From NCBI GenBank assembly GCA_030066135.1, contig JASJCD010000006.1, positions 1 through 47,554 of the forward strand: DNA of 47,554 nucleotides, in the 5' to 3' direction. The DNA is from Desulfobacterales bacterium. Its GTDB lineage: Bacteria; Desulfobacterota; Desulfobacteria; Desulfobacterales; UBA5852. Below, in pieces: positions 10,991 to 20,928 of this stretch. The notes under the pieces were generated by a model that worked only from the letters and a program-made list of their open reading frames with translations, was not told where the DNA came from and ran no database searches. How positions within the stretch are numbered: the stretch's first letter is position 1; every line of letters starts with the position of its first letter. Position numbers and translations under genes: made by a program.

Positions 10991-11713
10991 TCAAAACGGC
11001 CAGATCGTGTTCAGGGTGTTGGCCATCCAGCCTGGGCGCTGGCGATCGTCGACAATGCCGGCGCCGCTGTAGGCGATACGGGCATCGGAGACGAAGGAGG
11101 AGAGCACGACGTTATCCTGGGAAATATCGCGGGGTCTTACGACGCCATAGATGGTCATCAGCTGTTTTTCGTTGTTGACCAGGATTTCCCGGGAACCGAT
11201 CACCTTAAGGTTGCCGCCGGGCAGCACCTCAACGACCCGTGCGGTTATGAAGGCCTGCAAATCTCCGCTGCGGCTGGTGGTGCCGCTGCCTTCGAAATCG
11301 CTCTCCATTCCGCCCCTAACGTTCAAATCACTCAGTTTAGAGGCATCGGCGCCAAAGAATTCCTGGATGCCAGCGGACAGGCTCGACTCGCGTTCCGTGC
11401 CCGTGGAGGCTTTGTTCTGAGCGCTGGACGACTCCGACACCTGAATGGTCACGATGTCGCCGACACGCCGTGCTTTGGTGTCGCTGAAAAGATCGCCCAT
11501 CACCGTGCCTTCCGACCACAGGGACATTTCATCCGGGCGCACGTCACCCTCCGGGCTGCGGGAGACGGATTCGCGATGGGTGGGCGCGGGCATCGAATCG
11601 ATGGGTTGAATCGTGGGATAATTGGCGCAACTGCTGGTCAGTCCCAGGATGGCAATGGCCATCAACGTCCGGGACCAGATCCCGGTCAAACATGAAAATA
11701 TTGTGCAAATCAT
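10991..11713 (-). CDS. flgH: Flagellar L-ring lipoprotein FlgH
   Basis: Lipobox LGLTSSC. Contains LFSDTKARRVGDIVTIQV and GNLKVIGSREILVNNE. The ATG at 11713 has AAGGAG 9 nt upstream. Confidence 0.9.
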   Translation of the reverse strand: MICTIFSCLTGIWSRTLMAIAILGLTSSCANYPTIQPIDSMPAPTHRESVSRSPEGDVRPDEMSLWSEGTVMGDLFSDTKARRVGDIVTIQVSESSSAQNKASTGTERESSLSAGIQEFFGADASKLSDLNVRGGMESDFEGSGTTSRSGDLQAFITARVVEVLPGGNLKVIGSREILVNNEKQLMTIYGVVRPRDISQDNVVLSSFVSDARIAYSGAGIVDDRQRPGWMANTLNTIWPF

Positions 11714-11723
11714 CTTTTGCTCC

Positions 11724-12737
11724 TTAAAAGGCCACACGGACCGTGCGCCCGTCGAGAACCTGGGCCATGACGGTTTTTTTGGAATCCAGGTTCACCACCC
11801 GCACCTGCTCGCCGACCTTGCCGGTACTTTTGACTTCCCCCATGGTTGTAATGCGCAGGTTGCCCGACTCGGCGACGATCATGACGCGATCGCCTTTTTT
11901 TACCACCGGCGGCCATTCCACCATGCCGGCATGTAATTCCCTATTCATGCCAATCGCGCGGCGGGCACGTTTGCCAATGACATCTTCGACCGCGCGGATG
12001 ACATCGTCGCGCCTGCCGACCACGTTCATCGGACGCAGCAGGACATCGTCGGGGGTGATGATCTTGAGGCGCGGAATCGGCTTCCGGCTGACCACGACGT
12101 TTTGAATCACCTCGAGACCCACGAGTGCGGCGACTTTACGCTCGAACCGTCCGTCAACGGCGAACACGAGGGTAACCGGCAGCAAACGTGAAGGCGCGCT
12201 CTGATGCTGGACATGGACCTCATGGCTGATTTTGCCCTTGGGCAGCAAGATATCGTTTTTGATACGCACCGCCGTTATGTTTACCTGGGCTTCATTGGAA
12301 GGGGGCGTCGCCAGGAGATGATCGCGAATCATCATCTCCATTTCTTCCCGGGTAATTTTGACGGCACTCCGGCGAACCTGAATTTTGGATGGCAGACGGA
12401 TATCGAAGTGCGCCGGATCAAATCCGCTTTGGCGCAAACGCAGCAGAATATATTCCCGGCTTATGTGGCGTGCCTGGCCGGCCTGCGCCGCCCGGCCGAT
12501 CTTGATTTCCGACAGCCGGGCCTTGAGATTCTCCGGCGCCGAATCAATCTTTATGATCTGCCCCAGAAGAATATGGGGCGTATCCGATTCGACCGTTTCC
12601 AGCGCGCTCAAGGCGACGCGCGGCGCGCCATTCGAAGCGTATGCCGGGGTGATCATGATGAGCACGGCCGACAATAGCGCCACGAGCCCGCCAATCAATT
12701 GCCCTGCCAAAGCTTTGCTTACCATTTTAGTCCTCAT
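11724..12737 (-). CDS. flgA: Flagellar P-ring assembly chaperone FlgA
   Basis: Signal peptide, a SAF-like C-terminus (VVVSRKPIPRLKIITPDDV...VKKGDRVMIV...GKVGEQVRVVN), and a position between flgG and flgH. Confidence 0.8.
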   Translation of the reverse strand: MRTKMVSKALAGQLIGGLVALLSAVLIMITPAYASNGAPRVALSALETVESDTPHILLGQIIKIDSAPENLKARLSEIKIGRAAQAGQARHISREYILLRLRQSGFDPAHFDIRLPSKIQVRRSAVKITREEMEMMIRDHLLATPPSNEAQVNITAVRIKNDILLPKGKISHEVHVQHQSAPSRLLPVTLVFAVDGRFERKVAALVGLEVIQNVVVSRKPIPRLKIITPDDVLLRPMNVVGRRDDVIRAVEDVIGKRARRAIGMNRELHAGMVEWPPVVKKGDRVMIVAESGNLRITTMGEVKSTGKVGEQVRVVNLDSKKTVMAQVLDGRTVRVAF

Positions 12738-12745
12738 CGTAGTGC

Positions 12746-13534
12746 CTACCGTTTGACCGTATTGGCCTGCTGCAGCATTTCATCCGCCGCCTGAATGGTT
12801 TTACTGTTGATCTCGTAGGCCCGCTGCGCACTGATCATTTTGACCATTTCATCTACGACGCTGACATTGGACATTTCGATAAACCCCTGCGCCAGGGTGC
12901 CCAGACCGTCCTGGCCGGCGGTGCCTTCGATGGCATCACCGGAAGCATTGGTCGGAATGTAGAGATTGCGACCGATACTGTGTAACCCGGCCGGATTGAC
13001 GAATCGCGCCAATGTGATGGTGCCGATCTGGGTTGGCTGGGACTGACCCGCCTGAAGCACCGACACGGTGCCGTCGATGCCGATGGAAAGCGAAATGCTG
13101 TCGGTCGGAATGGTGATCTCCGGTTCCAGGGAGAATCCATCGGAGGTGACGATACGGCCGTCGGCGTCCATCTTAAAGGCACCATCGCGGGTGTAGGCGG
13201 TCTCCCCGTTGGGTTGGACGATCTGGAAAAAACCGTTGCCCTCGATGGCCATGTCCAATTCGTTCTTGGTCTGCTGAAAATCCCCCTGGGTAAAAACCTT
13301 CTGGCTGGCCACCAGTCGGCTGCCATGCCCGATCTGGATACCGGTGGGCACTTCACTGTTTTCGGACGAAGAGGTGCCGGCCGGTCTCAGGGTTTCGTAG
13401 AGCAGATCCTGGAAATCGGCCCGGCTGCGCTTGAAGCCGGTGGTGTTTACATTGGCCAGATTGTTGGAAATGATATCGATGTTGACGGCCTGCGATTTCA
13501 TGCCTGAAGATGCGTTCCACAAACTGCGAATCAT
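12746..13534 (-). CDS. flgG: Flagellar distal rod protein FlgG
   Basis: 262 aa. Contains [35 protein letters not shown] and a C-terminal [20 protein letters not shown]. Confidence 0.92.
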   Translation of the reverse strand: MIRSLWNASSGMKSQAVNIDIISNNLANVNTTGFKRSRADFQDLLYETLRPAGTSSSENSEVPTGIQIGHGSRLVASQKVFTQGDFQQTKNELDMAIEGNGFFQIVQPNGETAYTRDGAFKMDADGRIVTSDGFSLEPEITIPTDSISLSIGIDGTVSVLQAGQSQPTQIGTITLARFVNPAGLHSIGRNLYIPTNASGDAIEGTAGQDGLGTLAQGFIEMSNVSVVDEMVKMISAQRAYEINSKTIQAADEMLQQANTVKR

Positions 13535-13561
13535 GACTTGCCTCCGTTTGACTGAATAGGG

Positions 13562-14317
13562 CTAGCTCGGGTTGCCGACACCGGCAATCAGCTTGGAAGA
13601 GTTCTCATCAAGTGTTCGGATTACTTTCTGGTAGGACTCGTAGCCGCGCATGACTTCGATCAGATCCGTCATAATTTTGACAGCGTTGACATTGGAGCCT
13701 TCCAGAAATCCCTGGTGGAGATCAGCGTATTCAACCGGTTCTTCGGAACCCCGGTTCTCATCCAGGGCAAAGAGATTGTAGCCTTCCTTGGTGAGGGCGG
13801 TCAGATCCGAGATTTTAACGATGCGCAGTTTGTCGGTTATCTGCCCGTCCACGAGCACATTGCCGTCGCCGTCGAATTCCACTTCGGATCCGTCGATTGT
13901 GATTTCACCCCCTTCTCCCATGACGATCTGACCGTCTTGGGTCGTCAGCGTTCCCCCTTCACCGAGCGTAAACGACCCATTGCGCGTGTAGCGCGTGCCG
14001 TTGTCGGTCTGGATGCTGAAGAAGCCCTCGCCCTGAATGGCGAGGTTTAGCGGATTCCCGGTGGGCTGCAGGAGTCCCTGGCTGAAATCCGTTCGGGATG
14101 TCACGGGAATGACGGGGAGACTTGGCAGTAAACCCGGCGCCGGCGCCTGATCGTCACCCTGGCCACCCGCTTCTAAATCCTCGTCCTTGATGCGAAAGAC
14201 GGCATCGTCGCTCTTGTAGCCCACCGTATTGACATTGGCGAGATTGTTGGACAGGATATCCATTCGCACCCGCTGCACTTCAGACCCGGAAGTGGCGGCA
14301 TAAATTGATCCGCTCAT
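13562..14317 (-). CDS. flgF: Flagellar proximal rod protein FlgF
   Basis: 251 aa. Contains [15 protein letters not shown] and a C-terminal LEGSNVNAVKIMTDLIEVMRGYES. It lies immediately upstream of flgG. Confidence 0.82.
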   Translation of the reverse strand: MSGSIYAATSGSEVQRVRMDILSNNLANVNTVGYKSDDAVFRIKDEDLEAGGQGDDQAPAPGLLPSLPVIPVTSRTDFSQGLLQPTGNPLNLAIQGEGFFSIQTDNGTRYTRNGSFTLGEGGTLTTQDGQIVMGEGGEITIDGSEVEFDGDGNVLVDGQITDKLRIVKISDLTALTKEGYNLFALDENRGSEEPVEYADLHQGFLEGSNVNAVKIMTDLIEVMRGYESYQKVIRTLDENSSKLIAGVGNPS

Positions 14318-14388
14318 ATCTTCCCCTCTCCCTTGTTTAATTAGCCTGAAAAAATGACGTCGATTTGTTTTCTAACGCAATTCATTTT

Positions 14389-14404
14389 TGCAAGTTTCGG
14401 ACCA
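14389..14404 (-). promoter_or_regulatory. Sigma54 -24/-12 promoter for flgF-flgG-flgA-flgH-flgI
   Basis: The minus strand reads TGGTCCGAAACTTGCA, with exact GG-N10-GC spacing. It lies 72 nt upstream of the flgF ATG. Confidence 0.6.
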
Positions 14405-14622
14405 AACTTTCGAATTCTGACCCGTTGGTCGGCAGGGCCAATAACAGCCGTACATTCCGTGAATGGGACCGGTCGGTGGTTGGTAGGGGATACCCATTTG
14501 AGCGGCAATTTTTTCCGGCTGAATGGAGCGCTGTCCGGTGTTCACGATCAGGGCGCGAAGTTTTTACGGGCATCCATGCGGTTAGAATCTTATCTGCAGG
14601 CGGGGATGGTGATAACTGGGCT

Positions 14623-15078
14623 TCAGGATCGCTTATGCTGCATGTAGGCCATCAGCTCGATTTCACCGCGGGTAAGTTCGCAGCGGGCAGCAACCGTCTG
14701 CTGGTCGGCGCCGTTGCGCATCAGGCGGACCGCTTCGTCGTACAAACCGGTGCGCCCTTGACTGACAGCCGCTGTGGGCGCTTCCTTTTTTTCGGAAGCT
14801 GTTGCCGGGCGTGGGGGTTCACTGCCGGCCATGCGCTGAAGGCAGGCGAATTCCTGATGCAGGGTTTGCTGGATTCGGCTGTAGCTGCGTTGTGATTGCG
14901 CCGTTAACATCTGAAGCGCAAGGGACGACGTAAAATCGGACTGGCCCGCTGGGGGCCCGATCAGTCGCCCATAGCGGCGGCGGTTGGCGACTAAGACGAT
15001 GATCAATATGGTAGTGGCACACAGGGCCAGTCCATCCATCAGCAACGGCAGATTCAGATTGTTGAGCGCCAGGTCCAT
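14623..15078 (-). CDS. DUF2802-like flagellar-cluster membrane protein (tentative)
   Basis: One N-terminal TM segment (LALCATTILIIVLVA). The C-terminal LYDEAVRLMRNGADQQTVAARCELTRGEIELM resembles the DUF2802 tail as I remember it. Confidence 0.45.
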   Translation of the reverse strand: MDLALNNLNLPLLMDGLALCATTILIIVLVANRRRYGRLIGPPAGQSDFTSSLALQMLTAQSQRSYSRIQQTLHQEFACLQRMAGSEPPRPATASEKKEAPTAAVSQGRTGLYDEAVRLMRNGADQQTVAARCELTRGEIELMAYMQHKRS

Positions 15079-15139
15079 TCTAACCCCTTTACGACGGGTG
15101 GTTCGGTCGGTTTAACGTTGCAGGCTAAGGTTCTCTCTG

Positions 15140-15367
15140 TCAGATGACCACATTGATCCGCTGCCCGGTGGAAGATTCATTCTTCCCTGTTGGGGCCTGT
15201 GCGTTGACATCCTGTTCTTCCGGGCCCTCGGGGGCCTGTTCACTTTTCTTCCCGTCCGGGTTTTGATGCCGTCGGTCTTGACGGTGGCGCTCACGCTTTA
15301 CAGCGCGCACCCGATTCGGCGTGGCAACCGCCCCGACACGTTCCGTTGGCCTTAGATGTTCCACCAT
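15140..15367 (-). CDS. Hypothetical small charged, disordered protein (75 aa)
   Basis: An ATG with GGAG 10 nt upstream, located 83 nt after the fliA stop. No recognisable domain. Coding status is uncertain. Confidence 0.25.
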   Translation of the reverse strand: MVEHLRPTERVGAVATPNRVRAVKRERHRQDRRHQNPDGKKSEQAPEGPEEQDVNAQAPTGKNESSTGQRINVVI

Positions 15368-15450
15368 GGCGTTCCATCTCCGCTCGGGCGCTGGCTATTG
15401 GCTGCATCGTCGCCGAATACCGTTTCATCGGTTGAACAATTGCGCCCGTA

Positions 15451-16206
15451 TCAGTTTTCAATGATTCTTTCGCGGCGCAGTTTGTTCCGCAGGTGTATGA
15501 CCGCCTGCGAATGGATTTGCGAAACGCGCGATTCCGTTATGTTCAAAACCTTCCCGGTTTCCTTCATATTGAGTTCGTCAAAATAATAAAGCGATAAAAC
15601 GAGTTTTTCTTTTTCGGGAAGCTGTTCGATGGCCTTGGCAAGCGCGGCCTTCAATTCGTTTAAATTGGTAACGTCGAGGGCATCGACCGAGTCGTCCGCC
15701 AGATATTTCAGAAGACGCCCTTTGTCGTTGGATTCAGAGTAGCCCATCTCTTCGAAGCTGATGAAAGAAATGCTGGACAGTCCCTTGATCTTGTCGAGCT
15801 CGGGGAGATCGATCTGCATGGCATCCGCGATTTCATGATCTTCAACGTCGCGTCCCAGTTTTTGTTCCAGCATGGCATAGGTGTGATCCATCTCGCGAAT
15901 TTTGCGGCGGTTGGAACGCGATAGATAATCACGCGAGCGCAGCTCGCTCAGGACAGCGCCGCGAATCCTGTGCGTGGCGTAGGTGATAAACTTGTTATCC
16001 CGCCCCGGATCGAACCGATCGATGGCCTGAATCAGACCGATGACACCGACGTTGTAGAGATCTTCGATATCCACCGTCGACGGCAGATGGATCGCCATCC
16101 GGTTCACGATGCGCTTGACTTGGGGCAGATAATCGGTCATCAGCTGGTTCCGGTCGGGAACCACCGTCTTGTTGTGTGACACGGTTTGTTTGCGCGCTGC
16201 TTTCAT
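15451..16206 (-). CDS. fliA: Flagellar sigma factor FliA (sigma28)
   Basis: Contains region 2 (DLYNVGVIGLIQAIDRFD...FITYATHRIRGAV) and region 4 (LPEKEKLVLSLYYFDELNMKETGKVLNITESRVSQIH). The ATG at 16206 (MKAARK) lies after the flhG stop. Confidence 0.92.
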   Translation of the reverse strand: MKAARKQTVSHNKTVVPDRNQLMTDYLPQVKRIVNRMAIHLPSTVDIEDLYNVGVIGLIQAIDRFDPGRDNKFITYATHRIRGAVLSELRSRDYLSRSNRRKIREMDHTYAMLEQKLGRDVEDHEIADAMQIDLPELDKIKGLSSISFISFEEMGYSESNDKGRLLKYLADDSVDALDVTNLNELKAALAKAIEQLPEKEKLVLSLYYFDELNMKETGKVLNITESRVSQIHSQAVIHLRNKLRRERIIEN

Positions 16207-16257
16207 ATGGGCACCTGCTAGATTTAAACTGTTGATGATTTGATTGTTCAGTATGAT

Positions 16258-16273
16258 TGCGAAAAGCATGCCG
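16258..16273 (-). promoter_or_regulatory. Possible sigma54 promoter for fliA
   Basis: The minus strand reads CGGCATGCTTTTCGCA. GG-N10-GC spacing is correct, but the -12 element is TCGCA. It sits in the 70-nt flhG-fliA gap, 52 nt before the ATG. Confidence 0.4.
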
Positions 16274-16276
16274 AAT

Positions 16277-17188
16277 TCATTTCCAGGAGATATCCTCCTG
16301 GAAGATATGATGCCAGACCAAGTGGCTGTCCCCGCTCGTTGCAGGCAGCGTAGGCAATGCGCCGGTTTTCCGGGCCAGATTTCGAAAGCCGCGGGCCGCC
16401 ATTGATTCCGGGAACGCCTGGCTGACAATGCGCTGTTGCTTGACGCAGGCCGTCATAATTTCGTCCTTCAGGATGCATCCGAAGTAATCGACTTCGATAT
16501 CCAAAAATTTCTGGGCCACGATATTGAGCTGTCTGAAAATTTCACGACCTTCCTGATCGTTGGCGGCCTGGTTGACGATCAGGCGGCAGCGTTTTTCATC
16601 GTATTTGAGGGCCAGAACTTTCATCAACGCATAGGCATCCGTGATGGATGTGGGTTCGGGGGTCACGACGACCATGGTCTCGTGGGCGGACACGCTGAAA
16701 TCGAGGACATTGGCCGAAATCCCTGCGGCGGAGTCAATCAGAAGGATGTCCACCGAATCCAATAGCTGGTCCAGCTCATACAGAATACCGATTTTCTGGT
16801 CTCTCGAAAGCTGGGTCAGTTCCTGAATCCCGGACGCCGCCGGAAGGATCTTCATGTTCCCGGGCCCTTCGACAACGACTTCGTCGATGCGTTTTTCCCC
16901 CATGATCACATGCGAAAGGTTAAACCGTGGGGCGAGCCCGAGCAGAATGTCCAGATTGCCCAGACCCATGTCGGCATCCAGAATGAGAACACTCTGGCCG
17001 GAGCGGCTGAGTTCATAACCGATGTTGGCGACAATGTTGGTTTTCCCGACCCCGCCCTTGCCACTGGTTATCGAAACAGCCCGCGTCGCCGGACGCACGG
17101 GATTGCGCTTGGGCGGCACAAAGGCTTCTCCCCGGGGCCGTCGTGAGTTGAGCGGAATCACTTTTTCCGTGTGCTGAAGTGTTGACAT
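16277..17188 (-). CDS. flhG: Flagellar number regulator FlhG/FleN (MinD-type ATPase)
   Basis: Contains the deviant Walker A SGKGGVGKTN, then VLILDADMGLGNLDILLG. It lies downstream of flhF. Confidence 0.9.
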   Translation of the reverse strand: MSTLQHTEKVIPLNSRRPRGEAFVPPKRNPVRPATRAVSITSGKGGVGKTNIVANIGYELSRSGQSVLILDADMGLGNLDILLGLAPRFNLSHVIMGEKRIDEVVVEGPGNMKILPAASGIQELTQLSRDQKIGILYELDQLLDSVDILLIDSAAGISANVLDFSVSAHETMVVVTPEPTSITDAYALMKVLALKYDEKRCRLIVNQAANDQEGREIFRQLNIVAQKFLDIEVDYFGCILKDEIMTACVKQQRIVSQAFPESMAARGFRNLARKTGALPTLPATSGDSHLVWHHIFQEDISWK

Positions 17189-17236
17189 TTATGCTGAATC
17201 CTTGCGATCTGGGTCATGGGCCAGGCGCTTGGCGCC

Positions 17237-18586
17237 CTATCTCGCCGCCCGTTCTTGATGGAGCATGCCGGTGATCGACAAATGCTGTGGATTGCAGTAC
17301 CGGCATGGTTTGAATCGGTTATTCAGCGCATCCGCGAAGGAGCTGAACAAACGAATGTTCTCTGTGTTGATGAGACGGATCCACTTGCAGCCCGCGCGGT
17401 GAAAAATATCCGAATTGCGATTGGCCAGATACTGACCCTCTGCATCCGACGCCACCGCGGGCGCTCCGGCGTGCAGGTTGTCGGCGCTTTCCTTGGCGGC
17501 CGGCATTAATGGCGGGCCGAAGAGATCAAAGGAGGCCGCACTCAGATCCTTGGGCACTTCCGGGCCATTGGCCATACATACGACGGGCAGGGCCGCGGTG
17601 CTCAGAAAATGCAGGACACCGCCTAAATGGGGAACCAAATCCGTTTTGGTGACAATTGCGGCCGAGATGTTCAGATCAGCGCCCAGTTCGGCGGTCAGAT
17701 GCATGTTGTCGATCCTGTTGTCGGCACCAATCACCAGCCAGACCTTTAGATCTTGAATCTGACGCATGTGACCTGCAAACACCGCGGGACGTTTTTCCTT
17801 GCGCGCACCAATTGCCGGGGTATCCACGAGGACGACGTTGCATGCCGCCAGCTTTTTCAGGGCCTTTTTGAGGTCTTTTTCCGTCTGGGGGATTTCCAGA
17901 GGTATCTGCAGGATATTGGCATAGATCTGAAGCTGTTCGACGGCACCGATTTTTTCGCGATCGAGCGAGATCAGACCGACCCGCAGGCCTTCCTCGTGCT
18001 GCAGACGGGCTGCCAGTTTGGCAATCGTGGTGGTCTTGCCGACGCCGGCGTTGCCCACCAGGGCAACCACTTGCGAGGCCGTATCCGCAAACGGCCAGGG
18101 CATGATGGCAAGGCCGTTTTCCTGGTGGCGTTTTGGGTCCTGCGTCTTTCGGTTGGCTGAACCCGGCGCCTTCGTGCCGCTCACCGTGGCCGAAGTTTTC
18201 AACGCCTGGGACGACCGCCGGCCGAGACCCGAGGACGAATCGGACCCGACGCGCTGCGCGGAATGCTTGGATCCACTCAGCCTGACGACATCATGGATGC
18301 CGCCCCGAAGGTGATCGGCAACTTCAGGCTGCGCCGGCTTGGCCGTTCGACCATAGGCGGCGGCGCTGTGATGGGCTTGGCGCGGCAAGGCCTGATGCTT
18401 GTGTTCATACAGAGCCCCATCCACCGCAGCCGTTACCTCCACACCGATCTTGCGCGTAATGCCCAGCAGCCGGTTTTCCTTGCGGATGTCCTGAGCTGAA
18501 AGGATTACGGCTTCCGGGCCCAGTTCGCGTTTGATCTGGCGCAGGGCCTCGGTCATGTTTTTGGCTTCAAAGCGTTTGATCTGCAT
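17237..18586 (-). CDS. flhF: Flagellar biosynthesis GTPase FlhF with a C-terminal Cys/His extension
   Basis: N-terminal B domain (MQIKRFEAKNMTEALRQIKRELGPEAVIL), G domain (LVGNAGVGKTTTIAKLA, VDTPA, TKTD), and a roughly 85-aa tail. Confidence 0.9.
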   Translation of the reverse strand: MQIKRFEAKNMTEALRQIKRELGPEAVILSAQDIRKENRLLGITRKIGVEVTAAVDGALYEHKHQALPRQAHHSAAAYGRTAKPAQPEVADHLRGGIHDVVRLSGSKHSAQRVGSDSSSGLGRRSSQALKTSATVSGTKAPGSANRKTQDPKRHQENGLAIMPWPFADTASQVVALVGNAGVGKTTTIAKLAARLQHEEGLRVGLISLDREKIGAVEQLQIYANILQIPLEIPQTEKDLKKALKKLAACNVVLVDTPAIGARKEKRPAVFAGHMRQIQDLKVWLVIGADNRIDNMHLTAELGADLNISAAIVTKTDLVPHLGGVLHFLSTAALPVVCMANGPEVPKDLSAASFDLFGPPLMPAAKESADNLHAGAPAVASDAEGQYLANRNSDIFHRAGCKWIRLINTENIRLFSSFADALNNRFKPCRYCNPQHLSITGMLHQERAAR

Positions 18587-18588
18587 CT

Positions 18589-20682
18589 TCAGTTAATCTC
18601 CACCACGCCGATCGTTTGCACCTGGGCGCAATTCATGACTTCGTCATAGGAAAGCACAGCCAGGTTGGGTACGAGTCGGTCGATCATGCGTTTGAAATGG
18701 ATACGGACCTGGGCGGAACTCAGCACGACGGGCTGGCTGTTGAGATTGACAAAGGCCTCTATGTGTCGTGAAAGGGCCTGAACAATCTGTTCCACCATTC
18801 GCGGGTCCATGGCCAGGAAACTGCCGTGGTCCGTCCGCTGGATAGATTCAGCGATGGCCGTTTCGATACCCTGGTCAAGCGTAACCGCCGCCAGAGATCC
18901 GCCGGGGCCGATATAGGGCTTGACGATGCTGCGCGACAAGCCCTGGCGGACGTATTCGGTAAGGATATCCAGATCCTTGGTCATGGGCGCCCAGTCCGCC
19001 AAGGTTTCCAGGATGGCCAGCAGGTCCCGGATGGAGACCTGTTCTTTGAGCAGGTTCTGGAGAACTTTCACGACCCCGCCCAAGGGCAGAAGGTTGGGAA
19101 TGAGTTCCTCGACCACTTTGGGGTAGGATTCTTTAATATGGTCGAGCATGCGCTGCACTTCCTGCCGGCCGACCAGTTCATGCGCAAAGCGTCTGATGAT
19201 GTCCGACGTGTGGGTGGTCATGACGGTGGCAATATCGACCACGGTAAATCCATCGGCAATGGCCTTTTCGCGCAATTCTTCCTTTATCCAGACCGCCGGC
19301 AGACCGTAGGTCGGCTCCGTCGTCTTAACGCCTTCGAGTTTACCGATGGCATCGCCGGGATCCATGGCCAGAAAATGGTTCAGCACGAGATCGCCGCGGG
19401 AAATTTCATTGCCTTTCAACAGCAGGCGGTATTCTCCCGGTTGAAGCTGCATGTTGTCCTGGATGTGGATGGGCGGCACGATGATCCCAACATCCTCCGC
19501 CATCTGGGTGCGGATGGTGCGGATACGGTTCAATAGTTGCCCGTCCTGCTCGAGATCCACCAGCGGAATGAGACCGTAGCCCACTTCTAGCGATAGAATG
19601 TCGAGCGGCGGAAGGGCGTCGATATTTTCGCAAGTCGGCACGTTCTCGACCGGGCTTTCGATTTCCGCCGCCTCTTCCGTCAGTGGAAGCGTGGATTTGT
19701 AAATGGTGTAGGCAATACCGGCTGTTATGGCGGCCAGGATGATAAATGGCAGGGTCGGCATCCCGGGAACGATCGAAAATCCCACCAGCACGGCGGCCGC
19801 GATCCCAATGGCCCGGTGATGAAACATGACCTGCGCGGTGATATCCCGGCCCAGACTCGACTCGGACCCGGCCCGGCTCACAATGATACCGGCGGCCGTG
19901 GAGATCACCAGCGCCGGCACCTGAGAGACCAGTCCGTCGCCCACTGTCAGGAGGGTGTAATTCTGTGCGGCCTCGGCGAAACTCAACCCGTTTTGCAGCA
20001 CGCCGATGGTCAACCCGCCAAAGATGTTGATCAAGGTAATGATGATGCCGGCAATCGCGTCACCGCGCACGAATTTGTTGGCCCCGTCCATGGCGCCGTA
20101 GTATTCGGCTTCGCGGGCAATGGATTCGCGCCGCGTTCGCGCTTCTTCTTCGGTGATCAAGCCGGCATTGAGATCCGCGTCAATGCTCATCTGTTTGCCC
20201 GGCATGGCGTCCAGGGTAAAGCGGGCCGCGACTTCGGCGATGCGGCCGGCACCTTTGGTAATCACCATGAAGTTGATGATCACCAGAATCAGGAAGACAA
20301 TGATGCCGATGAGGTAGTTCCCGCCAACGACAAAATTGCCAAAAGCCTGAATGACCTGACCGGCCGCACTTGTCCCCTCGGAACCGTGCATGAGAATGAT
20401 GCGCGTCGAAGCAATATTGAGGGCCAGGCGGAAGAGCGTGGCCAGCAACAGAATGGTTGGGAAAGACGCCAGTTGGAGAGGATGAACGATGTACATGCCC
20501 ACGAGCAGGACGATGATCGCACAGGTGATGTTGAAGGACAGCAACAGATCCAGCACAAAGGGCGGCAGCGGAATGACCATCAGCACCAGTATGCCGACCA
20601 CCAGGCAAGCCATGATGATGTCGGCATTGTTGTTCAGGAAAGCCAGCTGGTCGGGGAAATTGTTTTCTTGAGCGTGTTCCAT
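18589..20682 (-). CDS. flhA: Flagellar export gate protein FlhA
   Basis: 697 aa. Contains the FHIPEP region (FPTILLLATLFRLALNIASTRIIL, AEVAARFTLDAMPGKQMSIDADL) and a cytoplasmic C-domain. Confidence 0.95.
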   Translation of the reverse strand: MEHAQENNFPDQLAFLNNNADIIMACLVVGILVLMVIPLPPFVLDLLLSFNITCAIIVLLVGMYIVHPLQLASFPTILLLATLFRLALNIASTRIILMHGSEGTSAAGQVIQAFGNFVVGGNYLIGIIVFLILVIINFMVITKGAGRIAEVAARFTLDAMPGKQMSIDADLNAGLITEEEARTRRESIAREAEYYGAMDGANKFVRGDAIAGIIITLINIFGGLTIGVLQNGLSFAEAAQNYTLLTVGDGLVSQVPALVISTAAGIIVSRAGSESSLGRDITAQVMFHHRAIGIAAAVLVGFSIVPGMPTLPFIILAAITAGIAYTIYKSTLPLTEEAAEIESPVENVPTCENIDALPPLDILSLEVGYGLIPLVDLEQDGQLLNRIRTIRTQMAEDVGIIVPPIHIQDNMQLQPGEYRLLLKGNEISRGDLVLNHFLAMDPGDAIGKLEGVKTTEPTYGLPAVWIKEELREKAIADGFTVVDIATVMTTHTSDIIRRFAHELVGRQEVQRMLDHIKESYPKVVEELIPNLLPLGGVVKVLQNLLKEQVSIRDLLAILETLADWAPMTKDLDILTEYVRQGLSRSIVKPYIGPGGSLAAVTLDQGIETAIAESIQRTDHGSFLAMDPRMVEQIVQALSRHIEAFVNLNSQPVVLSSAQVRIHFKRMIDRLVPNLAVLSYDEVMNCAQVQTIGVVEIN

Positions 20683-20739
20683 GACCCTCTATCGGTGTTG
20701 AGATTCGGAAATGCACACTGTGTTGCTGGCCGGAATTTT

Positions 20740-20755
20740 TGCAGGAACCATGCCT
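20740..20755 (-). promoter_or_regulatory. Sigma54 -24/-12 promoter for flhA-flhF-flhG
   Basis: The minus strand reads AGGCATGGTTCCTGCA. It lies 58 nt upstream of the flhA ATG. Confidence 0.6.
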
Positions 20756-20914
20756 GAACAATTAAGATTTTGACAAAACCCGCGACCAGCGCGAAAGCTT
20801 CCGAATTGCCATTTAATTTCAAAACGATAGAGATTGGATCCAAACCACCCGGTCGCAGGCGTGAAACGGCAGGACGCAGAAACAGCGGCCAGTTCGTCAA
20901 TACCGTCTGTGCCT

Positions 20915-20928
20915 GTCAAGCTTTTGAC
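20915..20928. promoter_or_regulatory. GTCA-N6-TGAC palindrome (candidate enhancer-binding-protein site)
   Basis: tGTCAAGCTTTTGACa, about 165 bp upstream of the flhA sigma54 promoter. No sigma70 -10 lies at a suitable distance on either strand. Confidence 0.45.
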
